29,134 bases of DNA, taken from Paraspadella gotoi (taxonomy: Eukaryota; Animalia; Chaetognatha). Within the stretch, counting starts at the first letter, position 1, and the number at the start of each line of letters is the position of its first letter. The stretch covers positions 19,350,357-19,379,490 of the forward strand of contig CM119267.1 of NCBI GenBank assembly GCA_051294375.1, read 5' to 3'. The translations under genes and the position numbers were made by a program. Below, piece by piece: positions 1-29,134 of the stretch. Under the pieces are notes generated by a model that had not been told where the DNA came from, made no database searches, and worked only from the letters and a program-made list of their open reading frames with translations.

Positions 1-1014
1 TGTTATACATAAATTCCATAGTCATTTAGCCATATTAAAAGAAAAGAAATTCACTGCGACGCAACACATTGGATGGACCGATCTTGTTCATATCGCACGT
101 TTCTCCTTTTTCTTTCCCGATTGTTTTTTTTTTCATATTTTTTTTATTTCTTCCCTTTTTTTTTCTCGCGTTTATTTATGATTGCGAATCGAGAAAAATG
201 AAAGGCGTCATCTGGCGAGCGTCTATTCAATAGTGACACAGTATAACTAGTACGACCGTATAAATAGAACAAGCGGCGTAAAAAATACAGAAATTAGAAG
301 GAAAACTGTGAGTCATCGACAGTTATCTTTCTCTCTGTCTCACTCCTTCTGACCTGTTCTCTGTCATGCTTGTTCTCAAATATTTCTCGAAANNNNNNNN
401 NNTATAAGAAAAACCCCAGATCAAGGGCCTTAAGTTTAATAGCAAGATTTTAACTTTCGAAACGAGTATTTCCGGTCTGATTCCCCGTGCGAAGGCCAAT
501 CACTTTGTGAGTTCACGATGGTGAATAACTTTCCTTCTCGCGTCCAACTGGGAAAGTCGAATATCCGGATTTAACGAGAGCACGTCTCCTACGTATTTCT
601 TAACTTGGCCTTTTAACGAATCCTCGTTATCTCGGGAGACAACAATTTTATCTCAAGCGATCGGATTTCTAGTCGATATTCGATATTCCTTACGGAATCC
701 TTTTTTTCTCTCGATATTTCATTCCACATTTTTTTTTTTCTGCTTTGTCGATTCACGTCTTTTCCCGCGTCCACCGGTTCAAATAATCTTTCCTCTTCAC
801 GTTTCGTCTTCTCATTTGACGAGTTTATCATATTTTAATTGCTTTTTTTTTTTTTAATTCTGAAATCGTCATCGTATTCGTTTTTAATCTTTCGTCGTAT
901 CCGGTGTCATCCATTACCTTTCATTTTTCGTCGTCGTCGTAGTCTCCATTTTGGTCGTCAACTTCAATTTCGTTGGCATCAGAATCTCATCAGAGAGAAA
1001 AAGAAAAAAGGAAA

Positions 1015-1050
<36 letters not shown>

Positions 1051-1807
1051 TTAACATAAAAAGATTGAAAGAGAATCGCGTGAAACAACTGCGAATAAAA
1101 AGAAACGAGAAAAAATAGTTTCGAGTTGTTCATTTTTTAAATTTTTTTCCGTCTTTTTTTTAGTTTCGCCGCCAGTACTCGCCGAGAGAACTCGATAAGT
1201 CACTTTTCGGTCGTTTGTCGGTTGCGGTCGGTCGGTCGGTTGGTCGGTATGTCTGTCCGTCGGTCTATCCCACTTACGTTAAAAAAGCTTATAATTCGCT
1301 TACAGTTGACAGCTAACGCCGCCTTTTTGTTTTTTTAAAGAAATCTTATGTAAACTTTAAAAAATAAAAGACCGACTCCCTATGCAGTACGTGATCAACC
1401 ATAAGACGTTTGTTATACATAAATTCCATAGTCATTTAGCCATATTAAAAGAAAAGAAATTCACTGCGACGCAAACACATTGGATGGACCGATCTTGTTC
1501 ATATCGCACGCTTTCTCCTTTTTCTTTCCCGATTGTTTTTTTTTTTTCATATTTTTTTTATTTCTTTCCCTTTTTTTTTCTCGCGTTTATTTATGATTGC
1601 GAATCGAGAAAAATGAAAGGCGTCATTCTGGCGAGCGTCTATTCAATAGTGACACAGTATAACTAGTACGACCGTATAAATAGAACAAGCGGCGTAAAAA
1701 ATACAGAAATTAGAAGGAAAACTGTGAGTCATCGACATTATCTTTCTCTCTGTCTCACTCCTTCTGACCTGTTCTCTGTCATGCTTGTTCTCAAATATTT
1801 CTCGAAA
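1..1807 (+). repeat. Near-identical direct duplication of about 390 bp: 1-392 and 1411-1807
   Basis: Same sequence from TGTTATACATAAATTCC to ATTTCTCGAAA, differing mainly by 1-nt indels; copy 1 ends at the N-gap 393-402. Confidence 0.92.
1015..1050. repeat. (GAC)n microsatellite
   Basis: Direct reading. Confidence 0.95.
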
Positions 1808-1850
1808 GTCCTACATGATGTCTATCATAGTTTTTGACTATAAAAAGGGA

Positions 1851-1939
<89 letters not shown>
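1851..1939. repeat. (GA)n microsatellite
   Basis: Direct reading. Confidence 0.95.
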
Positions 1940-1945
<6 letters not shown>

Positions 1946-2556
1946 TGATTTTTTTGATTTATTATGCTCAAAATGTGAATGTTAACACAGTAACAATGAA
2001 CAGTTAATGAGCCGTACATATACATGTATGTACACATTTTAAAGAAATGTAAATAAATTAACAAAACAAAAAAAATACAAAGTGGACTAAATTATATACA
2101 TAGTTTTAAATTTCAGTATTTACACATAGATCCCGTTCCTTTTTTAACGTTCCACAACTCTCTCTATCGAATACATAGACTTTAGTTTTTCTATGTTATT
2201 TAAGTATATATCAGAAAAAGGTATTTTATCAAGATTGACATAAAGTTTAAATGATTCCATTTAATACAATAATTAAGTCTATGCTTCTTCATCATCTTCC
2301 TTGTTGCATTTTTCACAGATTTGATTTATTGTAGAATTATAGTTCTTGCCGCACTCAAGCATTCCATATCTTGACATTAATATGGTAGTGTTTCTTGTTT
2401 GTTTGGCATTTCAATAGTTCCGGTAGTGGTTTTCGCGAATAGGTATATTTGCTTATTTGGTCGACTATTGTTTTTGGGCTTTGTTTTTAATATTTGTTGT
2501 CCTTGTATGACTTTGTAGCAGTTGTTGTATAGTCTTTCTTTATTAAATTTCTCTAC

Positions 2557-2587
<31 letters not shown>

Positions 2588-2803
2588 GAGAGAGAAAGAT
2601 TAGAGAGAGGAGAGAGGAGGAGGAGAGAGAGAGAGAGTGTTATGAGTGATGAGGTTGTATTCCTCCGCCAGACTCGTCGGTACAAAATAATCCCAACTCA
2701 AAATCCTGCGGGACAAAGGACGTCTTGGAGGCGGTTGTTTGGAGGACGCGAAGGAAGGAAGGAGAGAGGGGATCAAATGAGTGGCAGGGATAGGGGGAAG
2801 GGG

Positions 2804-2937
2804 ATGAATGAATGAGTGAATGAATGAATGAATGAATGAATGAGTGAATGAATGAATGATTGAATGAATGAATGAATGAATGAATGAATGAATGAATGAA
2901 TGAATGAATGAATGAATGAATGAATGAATGAATGAAT
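2804..2937. repeat. (TGAA)n microsatellite
   Basis: Direct reading. Confidence 0.95.
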
Positions 2938-3055
2938 AAATAAATAAATGCCAAAGCAAACAAACAAATAGGCATAAGTAGATAGGAATGGAGATAGGGA
3001 AAGAAAAGGGAAAAATCCAAAATGGGTGAGTTACATAGAACCTGTCTGTGCAGAC

Positions 3056-3124
3056 TGACTTGACTTGACTTGACTTGACTTGACTTGACTTGACTTGACT
3101 TGACTTGACTTGACTTGACTTGAC
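3056..3124. repeat. (TGACT)n pentanucleotide microsatellite
   Basis: Direct reading. Confidence 0.95.
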
Positions 3125-3460
3125 AGGCATTCGTCCAACAAAGGACTACCTCACTCTCAAAGCTTTCCTACGTAGGTCGCAGACAACAGTGCCTTGAGAG
3201 GCTGCTGTGCAGACAAGCACGTAGTAGTAGGTGTCGTCCGGATGTTACATCGCGACGAGCAGTTTCTAGAAGGCGGAAATTGCCTTGAAGATTCTGCGGG
3301 AATCGTTGAGGAAAATGTTTACGCTGTCTGGACTTCGTCGTCGTCGTCGTCGTCGTCCTCATCGTCGTCGAATTTATTGTTATGCTTCGTTCGTCCTCAC
3401 TTTTTATTCGCTTATCGATCGAGTCTGGAAAATTCCATCGCCGCCATTTTATATCGAGGG

Positions 3461-3562
<102 letters not shown>

Positions 3563-4424
3563 GCACTTGAAGCGAACACAAAGTAGTGAACTGGAAGAGT
3601 CTATTAGACTGTAAATAAGAAATTATAGTTTATTTCGTCAAACAACGTACACAGATTAATCTCCATTCTCCAATGAAATTGGTTCAATCAATATAAAAAT
3701 TATTCATTCATTCAACAAATAAACTATTATGCCCTGATTTTTTGGTTAAGGCCCACATCCCCCTTACAAGATAATAATATAGAAAGAACGTGAAAGCTTT
3801 CAATTAAGACTCTCTATTCCGCGAAAAACCAAGACGTTCGTTTTGTCGAGCAGTTGTTTATTCAAAACTCATCAACTTTTCAACGAGTTCGAATTGAAAG
3901 CGTCAATTTTATGAGACGGGTTAATCGAGAATTTCGTGGAACGGTGAACCTCAAAAGAAGAAAAACCCGCCGGTCCGGAAACTGAATTGTTAAGATCAAA
4001 CGTTTGAATCATTGATGATCTCGAAAAAGAAAAGCGAAAATCTCCCCTTACATTTTTCTTTTTATATTTTGATGATTTTTTGTGATGTTTTTCTTTTCTT
4101 TCTTTCTTTTCTTTTCTTTTCATCTTTCATTGTTCATGTGTTTATTTCTCTCATGCCTACCTTCATCCTTTTTTTTCCCTTTGCACCGTTTCCTTTTTTT
4201 TTTTACTTTTCCTCTCCCTTTTCCTTTTCTTTTCCCTTTCTTCTTCTTTTCTTCCTCCTGTTTGCAAACCAAAGGGAAAGAGAGGAAAAAAAAAACCCGG
4301 GATTTCTTTGGAAGGAAAGTTGAATCCCTGGGATCTGCGCGGCGGCCATAACGCGACGCGAGGTCGAGGTGAAGGCAAATGACGCGGAAACGGGATAAGA
4401 ACGAGGCCAACGACGATCGCTGAC

Positions 4425-4688
4425 AAAGACGATAGCAGCCTAAGAGTAAGACCCTTTTAGCCAAAGACGATATCGGCCTAAGACGATAGGAGGCTAAGAG
4501 TAAGACCCTTTTAGCCAAAGAAGATATCGGGCCTAAGACCCTCTTAGACAAAGGCGGTGTTCTCTAAAGACGATAGCAGCCTAAGAGTAAGACCCTTTTA
4601 GCCAAAGACGATATCGGCCTAAGACACTCTTAGACAAAGGCGGTGTCTTCTAAAGACGATAGCAGCCTAAGAGTAAGACCCTTTTAGC
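4425..4688. repeat. Tandem satellite, 86-bp unit (with a shorter unit of about 55 bp first), truncated by the 813-nt gap
   Basis: AAAGACGATAGCAGCCTAAGAGTAAGACCCTTTTAGC recurs at 4425, about 4480 (variant), 4566 and 4652. Confidence 0.9.
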
Positions 4689-7321
4689 NNNNNNNNNNNN
4701 NNNNNNNNNNNNNNNNNNNNNNNNNNNNNNNNNNNNNNNNNNNNNNNNNNNNNNNNNNNNNNNNNNNNNNNNNNNNNNNNNNNNNNNNNNNNNNNNNNNN
4801 NNNNNNNNNNNNNNNNNNNNNNNNNNNNNNNNNNNNNNNNNNNNNNNNNNNNNNNNNNNNNNNNNNNNNNNNNNNNNNNNNNNNNNNNNNNNNNNNNNNN
4901 NNNNNNNNNNNNNNNNNNNNNNNNNNNNNNNNNNNNNNNNNNNNNNNNNNNNNNNNNNNNNNNNNNNNNNNNNNNNNNNNNNNNNNNNNNNNNNNNNNNN
5001 NNNNNNNNNNNNNNNNNNNNNNNNNNNNNNNNNNNNNNNNNNNNNNNNNNNNNNNNNNNNNNNNNNNNNNNNNNNNNNNNNNNNNNNNNNNNNNNNNNNN
5101 NNNNNNNNNNNNNNNNNNNNNNNNNNNNNNNNNNNNNNNNNNNNNNNNNNNNNNNNNNNNNNNNNNNNNNNNNNNNNNNNNNNNNNNNNNNNNNNNNNNN
5201 NNNNNNNNNNNNNNNNNNNNNNNNNNNNNNNNNNNNNNNNNNNNNNNNNNNNNNNNNNNNNNNNNNNNNNNNNNNNNNNNNNNNNNNNNNNNNNNNNNNN
5301 NNNNNNNNNNNNNNNNNNNNNNNNNNNNNNNNNNNNNNNNNNNNNNNNNNNNNNNNNNNNNNNNNNNNNNNNNNNNNNNNNNNNNNNNNNNNNNNNNNNN
5401 NNNNNNNNNNNNNNNNNNNNNNNNNNNNNNNNNNNNNNNNNNNNNNNNNNNNNNNNNNNNNNNNNNNNNNNNNNNNNNNNNNNNNNNNNNNNNNNNNNNN
5501 NCAGTCTATATTTTAAAAAAATATACTATCTATAAATTTCATCCCCCCCAAAAATATTTTTTTCAATCCTGGAGGACAAAAAAAAGGAAAAAAATTCATT
5601 GAATGACATAATTGAATTTTTTTCCTCTCGTTTCTCTCTCTCTCTCTCTCTCTCTCNNNNNNNNNNNNNNNNNNNNNNNNNNNNNNNNNNNNNNNNNNNN
5701 NNNNNNNNNNNNNNNNNNNNNNNNNNNNNNNNNNNNNNNNNNNNNNNNNNNNNNNNNNNNNNNNNNNNNNNNNNNNNNNNNNNNNNNNNNNNNNNNNNNN
5801 NNNNNNNNNNNNNNNNNNNNNNNNNNNNNNNNNNNNNNNNNNNNNNNNNNNNNNNNNNNNNNNNNNNNNNNNNNNNNNNNNNNNNNNNNNNNNNNNNNNN
5901 NNNNNNNNNNNNNNNNNTCTCTCTCTCTCTCTCTCTCCGATTTTTCTAATCCTCGGGCGTCGAATATGAAATCCGAAACAAAAATGCGAAGACCGGATCT
6001 TCCTGAGATGGAAATAAAAAAGGAAATAAAAAAAAATTAAAAAAATAACAACAACGACGACAAATAAAAATGGACCCAATGAGGACGAAAACTCGATGAC
6101 GGAAAAATCGAGGATTCGATTCGAAATAAACAAAAGAGAAACGGTTCTCTTCTCCCCAAGGTCGCTCGTCTGGCCACGCCCTTGTTCATCGCTTTAAATC
6201 TNNNNNNNNNNNNNNNNNNNNNNNNNNNNNNNNNNNNNNNNNNNNNNNNNNNNNNNNNNNNNNNNNNNNNNNNNNNNNNNNNNNNNNNNNNNNNNNNNNN
6301 NNNNNNNNNNNNNNNNNNNNNNNNNNNNNNNNNNNNNNNNNNNNNNNNNNNNNNNNNNNNNNNNNNNNNNNNNNNNNNNNNNNNNNNNNNNNTATATATC
6401 TCAAATATACCCTGCCGCATTACTGATTCATTACGCCGCGCTGACAAGTACGATATTAGCCAAGTTCGTATGCAACCTAAAGGGACTTTAGATTACGGAC
6501 GTTTACTTAAAATTCAAGAAATTGAAATTTATATTACACTTTTTACAATTTTTACAAAAAACGCATCGAAAATATCCAAGAATGTTAATTGTTCAATAAT
6601 TTGAATATTAATTTAATAATCCTATAAAGTTTAAAGAGATCCCGGATTCCAAATTTGTAAACCTCCGCACCGGATACGAACGCAGCTTCTCTTCCCCATC
6701 CCAAGATCGCTCATTCAAAATATCGGATAATTTTTTTAACAATAATAATAAAAAAATGTAAAAAAAAAAAACCAAAAATCAACAATGAAATCGACACAAA
6801 AAAGATAAAACACTAAGCAATCAAATAAAAAAAAGAAATCAAAAAATAAAGAAGAAAAAAAAAAATCATAAATCAAATGATAAAAGAAAAAAAAAAAAAA
6901 AACTACAACAAAAAAAAAGAAAAAGAAAAAAAAAAAGAAAGGAAAAAACAACGCATGCAAAAACACAAATACAAAAATAAAGTNNNNNNNNNNNNNNNNN
7001 NNNNNNNNNNNNNNNNNNNNNNNNNNNNNNNNNNNNNNNNNNNNNNNNNNNNNNNNNNNNNNNNNNNNNNNNNNNNNNNNNNNNNNNNNNNNNNNNNNNN
7101 NNNNNNNNNNNNNNNNNNNNNNNNNNNNNNNNNNNNNNNNNNNNNNNNNNNNNNNNNNNNNNNNNNNNNNNNNNNNNNNNNNNNNNNNNNNNNNNNNNNN
7201 NNNNNNNNNNNNNNNNNNNNNNNNNNNNNNNNNNNNNNNNNNNNNNNNNNNNNNNNNNNNNNNNNNNNNNNNNNNNNNNNNNNNNNNNNNNNNNNNNNNN
7301 NNNNNNNNNNNNNNNNNNNNN
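4689..7321. other. Cluster of assembly gaps (4689-5501, 5657-5917, 6202-6391, 6984-7321); further gaps at 393-402, 9904-9928 and 22214-22223
   Basis: N runs. Confidence 0.99.
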
Positions 7322-7449
7322 AAAGAAAGAAAGAAAGAAAGAAAGAAAGAATAAATAAATATAAAGGAAAAAGAGAAAGCCAGAAAAATAGATCGCACGT
7401 TACGGTGAATTCCGGTGCGCGTTAATCACCTTCTCCCCTTTTAGAATGT

Positions 7450-7628
7450 CCACGTCAGCGTTTTACTTACCTCCCTTACCTCAGCGATAACGCCTAAATC
7501 CTCCTCACAGCCTCACCTTCGCCCCTGCCTCTGCCCCCCGAAGGCTCCCACCCCATTGACACGTCCCAATTTCGCCATCATAATAGCGAGCATGCACGTC
7601 GAACGTGGAACGCGCATGCGTGCACGTG
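7450..7628. promoter_or_regulatory. Possible (bidirectional) promoter about 1 kb upstream of the pannexin ATG
   Basis: GC/CpG-rich island with CCACGTCA (7450), NRF1-like CGCGCATGCG (7611), E-box CACGTG (7623), and strong minus-strand donor sites at about 7465-7516. Confidence 0.25.
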
Positions 7629-8567
7629 GCACCGTTCAACGCGTCCCGTGTTTTTCGTCGGAACTTTTTTTTTTAATCAATTATATCCACCTTTCTTCAT
7701 CTTCGGTACCCCTGTACCGTTTTGATATCCATTGACGTTTTAACAGTCAGATTAATCGTGCGAACATGAGTCCAATGTTAATTTCTCACGGAGCGATCCA
7801 ATCATTAACTATTGCTTCTTCAAAAATATGTTTTTTTAAAAAATTTGTGTTTTAAATAGCATCGCCGATCAGAAGACAGAATATCCTTCCCTGAACATCC
7901 ACACCCAGTTTCGCCTGTTATTCGTAAAACCCCGTATGTAATTCGACTAACAGATGCCCTCCCAAAACCCGTATACAACCGGGAATTAGTATTCCACCCG
8001 CAGAAATTCCTCTACCCCCATTTTTTTTCTGATTCGCCAACTTCGAAATTCATTATTTTTCTAAGCTCTTTCGTCAAAAAAAAAAAAAAAAAAAAAAGAC
8101 CGGAAAAAAAGTTGACGTTCAGCTTTTTTTTTTTCTCTTCTAATCAATTCTCAATTTCTCTTGGCACAACTTTGCATCGCAGCGTCGCGCAATTTGTTTT
8201 ATCTTTCCGCGGATCGCTACTCATTTGTCCGATATTAAATTAATTAAAATTTCGACTTGAGTTAAGCTTTAAGTTTTAAATATATCATCTCAACTATTGT
8301 AACAGATCAAATCTCGTTTCCGATTGCCTTCCATCGCCTCGCAGAACTTCCGGCATTCATCGCATCGCTCTGAGAAATCCCTCTTCAGTCTACATCATTT
8401 CGTATCGCCTTTTCAAATCGCCCTTTCGCGACGCCCCTCCGCAACGCCGCATCTTGTTCTCGCGGACGCGTCGCATTCCATTTGCACATTAGAGAGAGAG
8501 AGAGAGAGTGAGAGAGAGAGAGAGAGAGACGTGGCATCTCGAGTCGTTGGAAGAGGAGACGACGAAG

Positions 8568-21479
<12,912 letters not shown>

Positions 21480-21604
21480 CAAAGCCTCGAGTCGAGACTA
21501 GGATTCTCGTTACTGCGCCGTCGCTCGCCGACGCGGCAGCCCCGCTTTCGGTCGCAGTTGCAGGAGTTTTTTTTTCGAATTCAATTCCCTATCTCTATTT
21601 CTTT

Positions 21605-21675
21605 ATTAAAGACAGGCAAACATTATTTTATTAACCTAATGTAATTCGGTTCAACTTAGAAGCATTCAGAATAAA
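21605..21675 (+). terminator. Candidate polyadenylation signals of the pannexin-like gene
   Basis: ATTAAA at 21605-21610 and AATAAA at 21670-21675, downstream of the stop. Confidence 0.35.
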
Positions 21676-22295
21676 TTCATAAATTAATATGAGTTGATTA
21701 GACCTAATCTTTGAAAAGATTGCTCTTGAAGAAAACGCAATGTGACAAAGTTGTAAACCATGTCTGAAGTCTGATCCTTGACAGATTCGATTATTGTCTT
21801 TTTTTTTTTTTATTCTCTTAATGAAAATTCGCGGGGGATTTAGCTCGAATTTTTGTTTCGAACTTTACGGACCTCGTTAATTTTTGTTTTTTTTTATTTT
21901 GGGGGGAAGGGGGGAGAAAAGGGTGGTGGGCGTGGCTGGCAGGAGAAATGACGAATAAATTTTCTTGTCGCACAAAAAATAAGAAGGGGAAAAAAATCGA
22001 GGAAACCCCGAATGATGCCATTTTTTTTTCTCTCTCTCTCTCTCTTTACTCCGAGCTCAGATTCGAAATTCAAATTGGGCTTTGAAAAACTGAGGGACTG
22101 AAAATCGATTCCGGCGGAAAAAGAAGAAAAAAAAATTTATTATGAAAAAAATTAAAAAAGGAAGATAATTTTTTTTGTGCTGGATTTTGGGAGAGAGATC
22201 GGTTTTTAGTCGGNNNNNNNNNNCAAACTTGTTCTCTTAAGGCTCTGATTTCATCCGAGGATTTCATAGACCATCAAAATGAAAAGAGGGGAGGG

Positions 22296-22331
<36 letters not shown>

Positions 22332-23331
22332 TACAGACAGACAGACAGACAGACTGATAGAAGGAGACAGAGAAATCCAAGCAGCAATAAATAGATAAAA
22401 AATTCTGATCGATCTTTTATCTCGTTTTTCCTATCTCATTCCTTCTCTTCCTCCCTTCTCTTCCTCCCTTCCTCCCTTCCTCCCCCGAATCGCAAGAGGT
22501 CGTCCACTCGGGAAAGAAGGCACGCGCGAGGGCGCTGCGACCGCGCCGCCTTCAGGGTGACGGGAGAGCCTCACCTTTGATACGAACTCTGTTTAGCCTT
22601 ACTCTCTCCATCGCTCCTCTGTTTTCTTTTTTGACCCTTTTTTTCGAGGGTATTTTATTTTCCTGAAGTTTTTCCAGAAGTTTTTGGAAATGAAGACCAA
22701 AGAAGAAAGTTTTGAGAATTTTTTTTTTCTATCAAATAATAAAATAAGTAACTCAGATTTTTCATTCGAGAAATGGTAAACTTCGTCTTACATTTTGAAA
22801 ATTTCTACAAGATTCAACATCGTCATCAACTTTTACATCATCCTCGATTTCGGTAGGGACACAACAGCACAACAGCACAACAGCAAACGAGTTTCTTCCA
22901 TCACGTTGCGAAGACTTCCCAGGAACCGGCGCGTGCTCGGGCGCGCACATCCGCGCGCACATGGGCGCGTGCTATCTCTCGGAGAGGGAAGAGAGAGAGA
23001 GAGAGTGCCACTTGAAAGTCACGAGTGTGTCAAGAATGGATCGGGATTTGGCGTTAGGATCGACGCGGGTTTGGCCGGATGCCTAATGTGTGAAGATCTA
23101 AAGAATAGTAGTTATTGACAAATAAGGTGCATACTAAGTTACTAACCATCACGTCTCGTATATTTTTGTATTTTGTATTTTCGTTTATTTTCGTGCATTT
23201 TTTTTTATTTTTGTAGTTATGTATTTTTTTTTGTATTTTTTTCGTATTTTTTTAAATTTTTTTAAATGTTTGTATTTTTATATTTTTTGTAATTTTGTAT
23301 TTTTGAATTTCTGTATTTTTGTGTTTCTGCC

Positions 23332-28423
<5,092 letters not shown>

Positions 28424-29134
28424 GTAAGTCGTTGCGACGGAGGTAGGTGGGTCGGTGGGTTGCTGGCTGCGACGCGTAGAAACTGAATTATATTTCCAGT
28501 TTTCGACGTCTTTTTTTGTTGTTGTTAAAAAGGGAATAAGAACTAGGGCGTGGCCGTGGTATTCACTTCCGGACGTCGTCGTTCCCATGACAACGAAAGT
28601 CTTTACGATATTGTTTGGTTCCGTCCTGTTTTTTCGTGATAGTCATGAAGGGATTGATACGGTTGTTCTTTGGGTTTTCATGCGATTGGTTCTTGCGATA
28701 GTCGCCCTTCTGCATCGCTTATTATTTAATGATCTCATTTATCGTCATAGTGACAAACCTATGACGTTTAATATCATTATTTCTTGCATGATTCGTAATT
28801 CGGTTAGGTTAGGCTGCAAGTTCCAGCGACAGTCAAACGCGGTCGATCTTGTCTGGTATTTGTACCGTCATCGTCGGCGTCATTGTCGTCGTCGTCGTCT
28901 GTTGTCGATCTGTCGTCGTCCCGGTTGTTGTGGTCGTTGTGATCGTTGTCGCGACGTGAGAATGAAAAATGGGGTGAATGAGGAGGAATGGGGGAGGGGA
29001 GTGAGAGGAAACTTTGAAAAAGGAAAGGGAGGGAGAGTGAGAGAGGGACAGAGAGAGCCAGAGAGACAGAGAGGAAAGAAAAACGAAAAAAAAAAAGAAT
29101 CCAGAGCGGGAATGACAAACGGATGGAATGAATG

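Noticed and set aside
421-990. Purine-rich minus-strand frame (MINSSNEK...) extended if TAA/TAG are read as sense
   Set aside because: Stop density is about what AT-rich random sequence gives; no recognisable domain; homopolymers make the frame unreliable
4425-4688. CRISPR-like appearance of the repeat array
   Set aside because: No unique spacers, eukaryotic context and no cas genes; it is a tandem satellite
5513-7425. Long ORFs containing X runs
   Set aside because: Open only because they cross N gaps
7464-7472. TACTTACCT, matching the U1 snRNA 5' end
   Set aside because: Downstream sequence does not resemble U1; better read as a minus-strand splice donor
22812-23086. Open frame DSTSSSTF...CEDFPGTGACSGAHIRAHMGACYL
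   Set aside because: No clear donor or phase link to neighbouring exons and no recognisable domain; several frames are equally open

Overview
Eukaryotic, very probably invertebrate animal, genomic DNA from a gapped draft assembly (7 N-gaps, many microsatellites, CpG not visibly depleted). Almost all long ORFs in the track are translations of microsatellites or N-runs. The main content, missed by the ORF track, is a 10-exon + strand gene (8568-21479, about 435 aa). It encodes a four-TM large-pore channel of the pannexin/innexin/LRRC8 superfamily, closest by motif to pannexins. It has an enlarged, six-Cys, N-glycosylatable first extracellular loop, a Lys at the pore-constriction position and a C-terminal DEED motif. 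Exons 2-3 carry single-base frameshifts and exons 2 and 4 have partial duplicate copies; both are probably assembly errors. A second, less certain spliced + strand gene (about 23.3-28.4 kb, running off the window) may encode a secreted pro-protein with an astacin-like FDGDI motif. There are also weak signs of minus-strand transcription units, an 86-bp satellite and small minisatellites. All family calls come from manual motif comparison; no database search was run.
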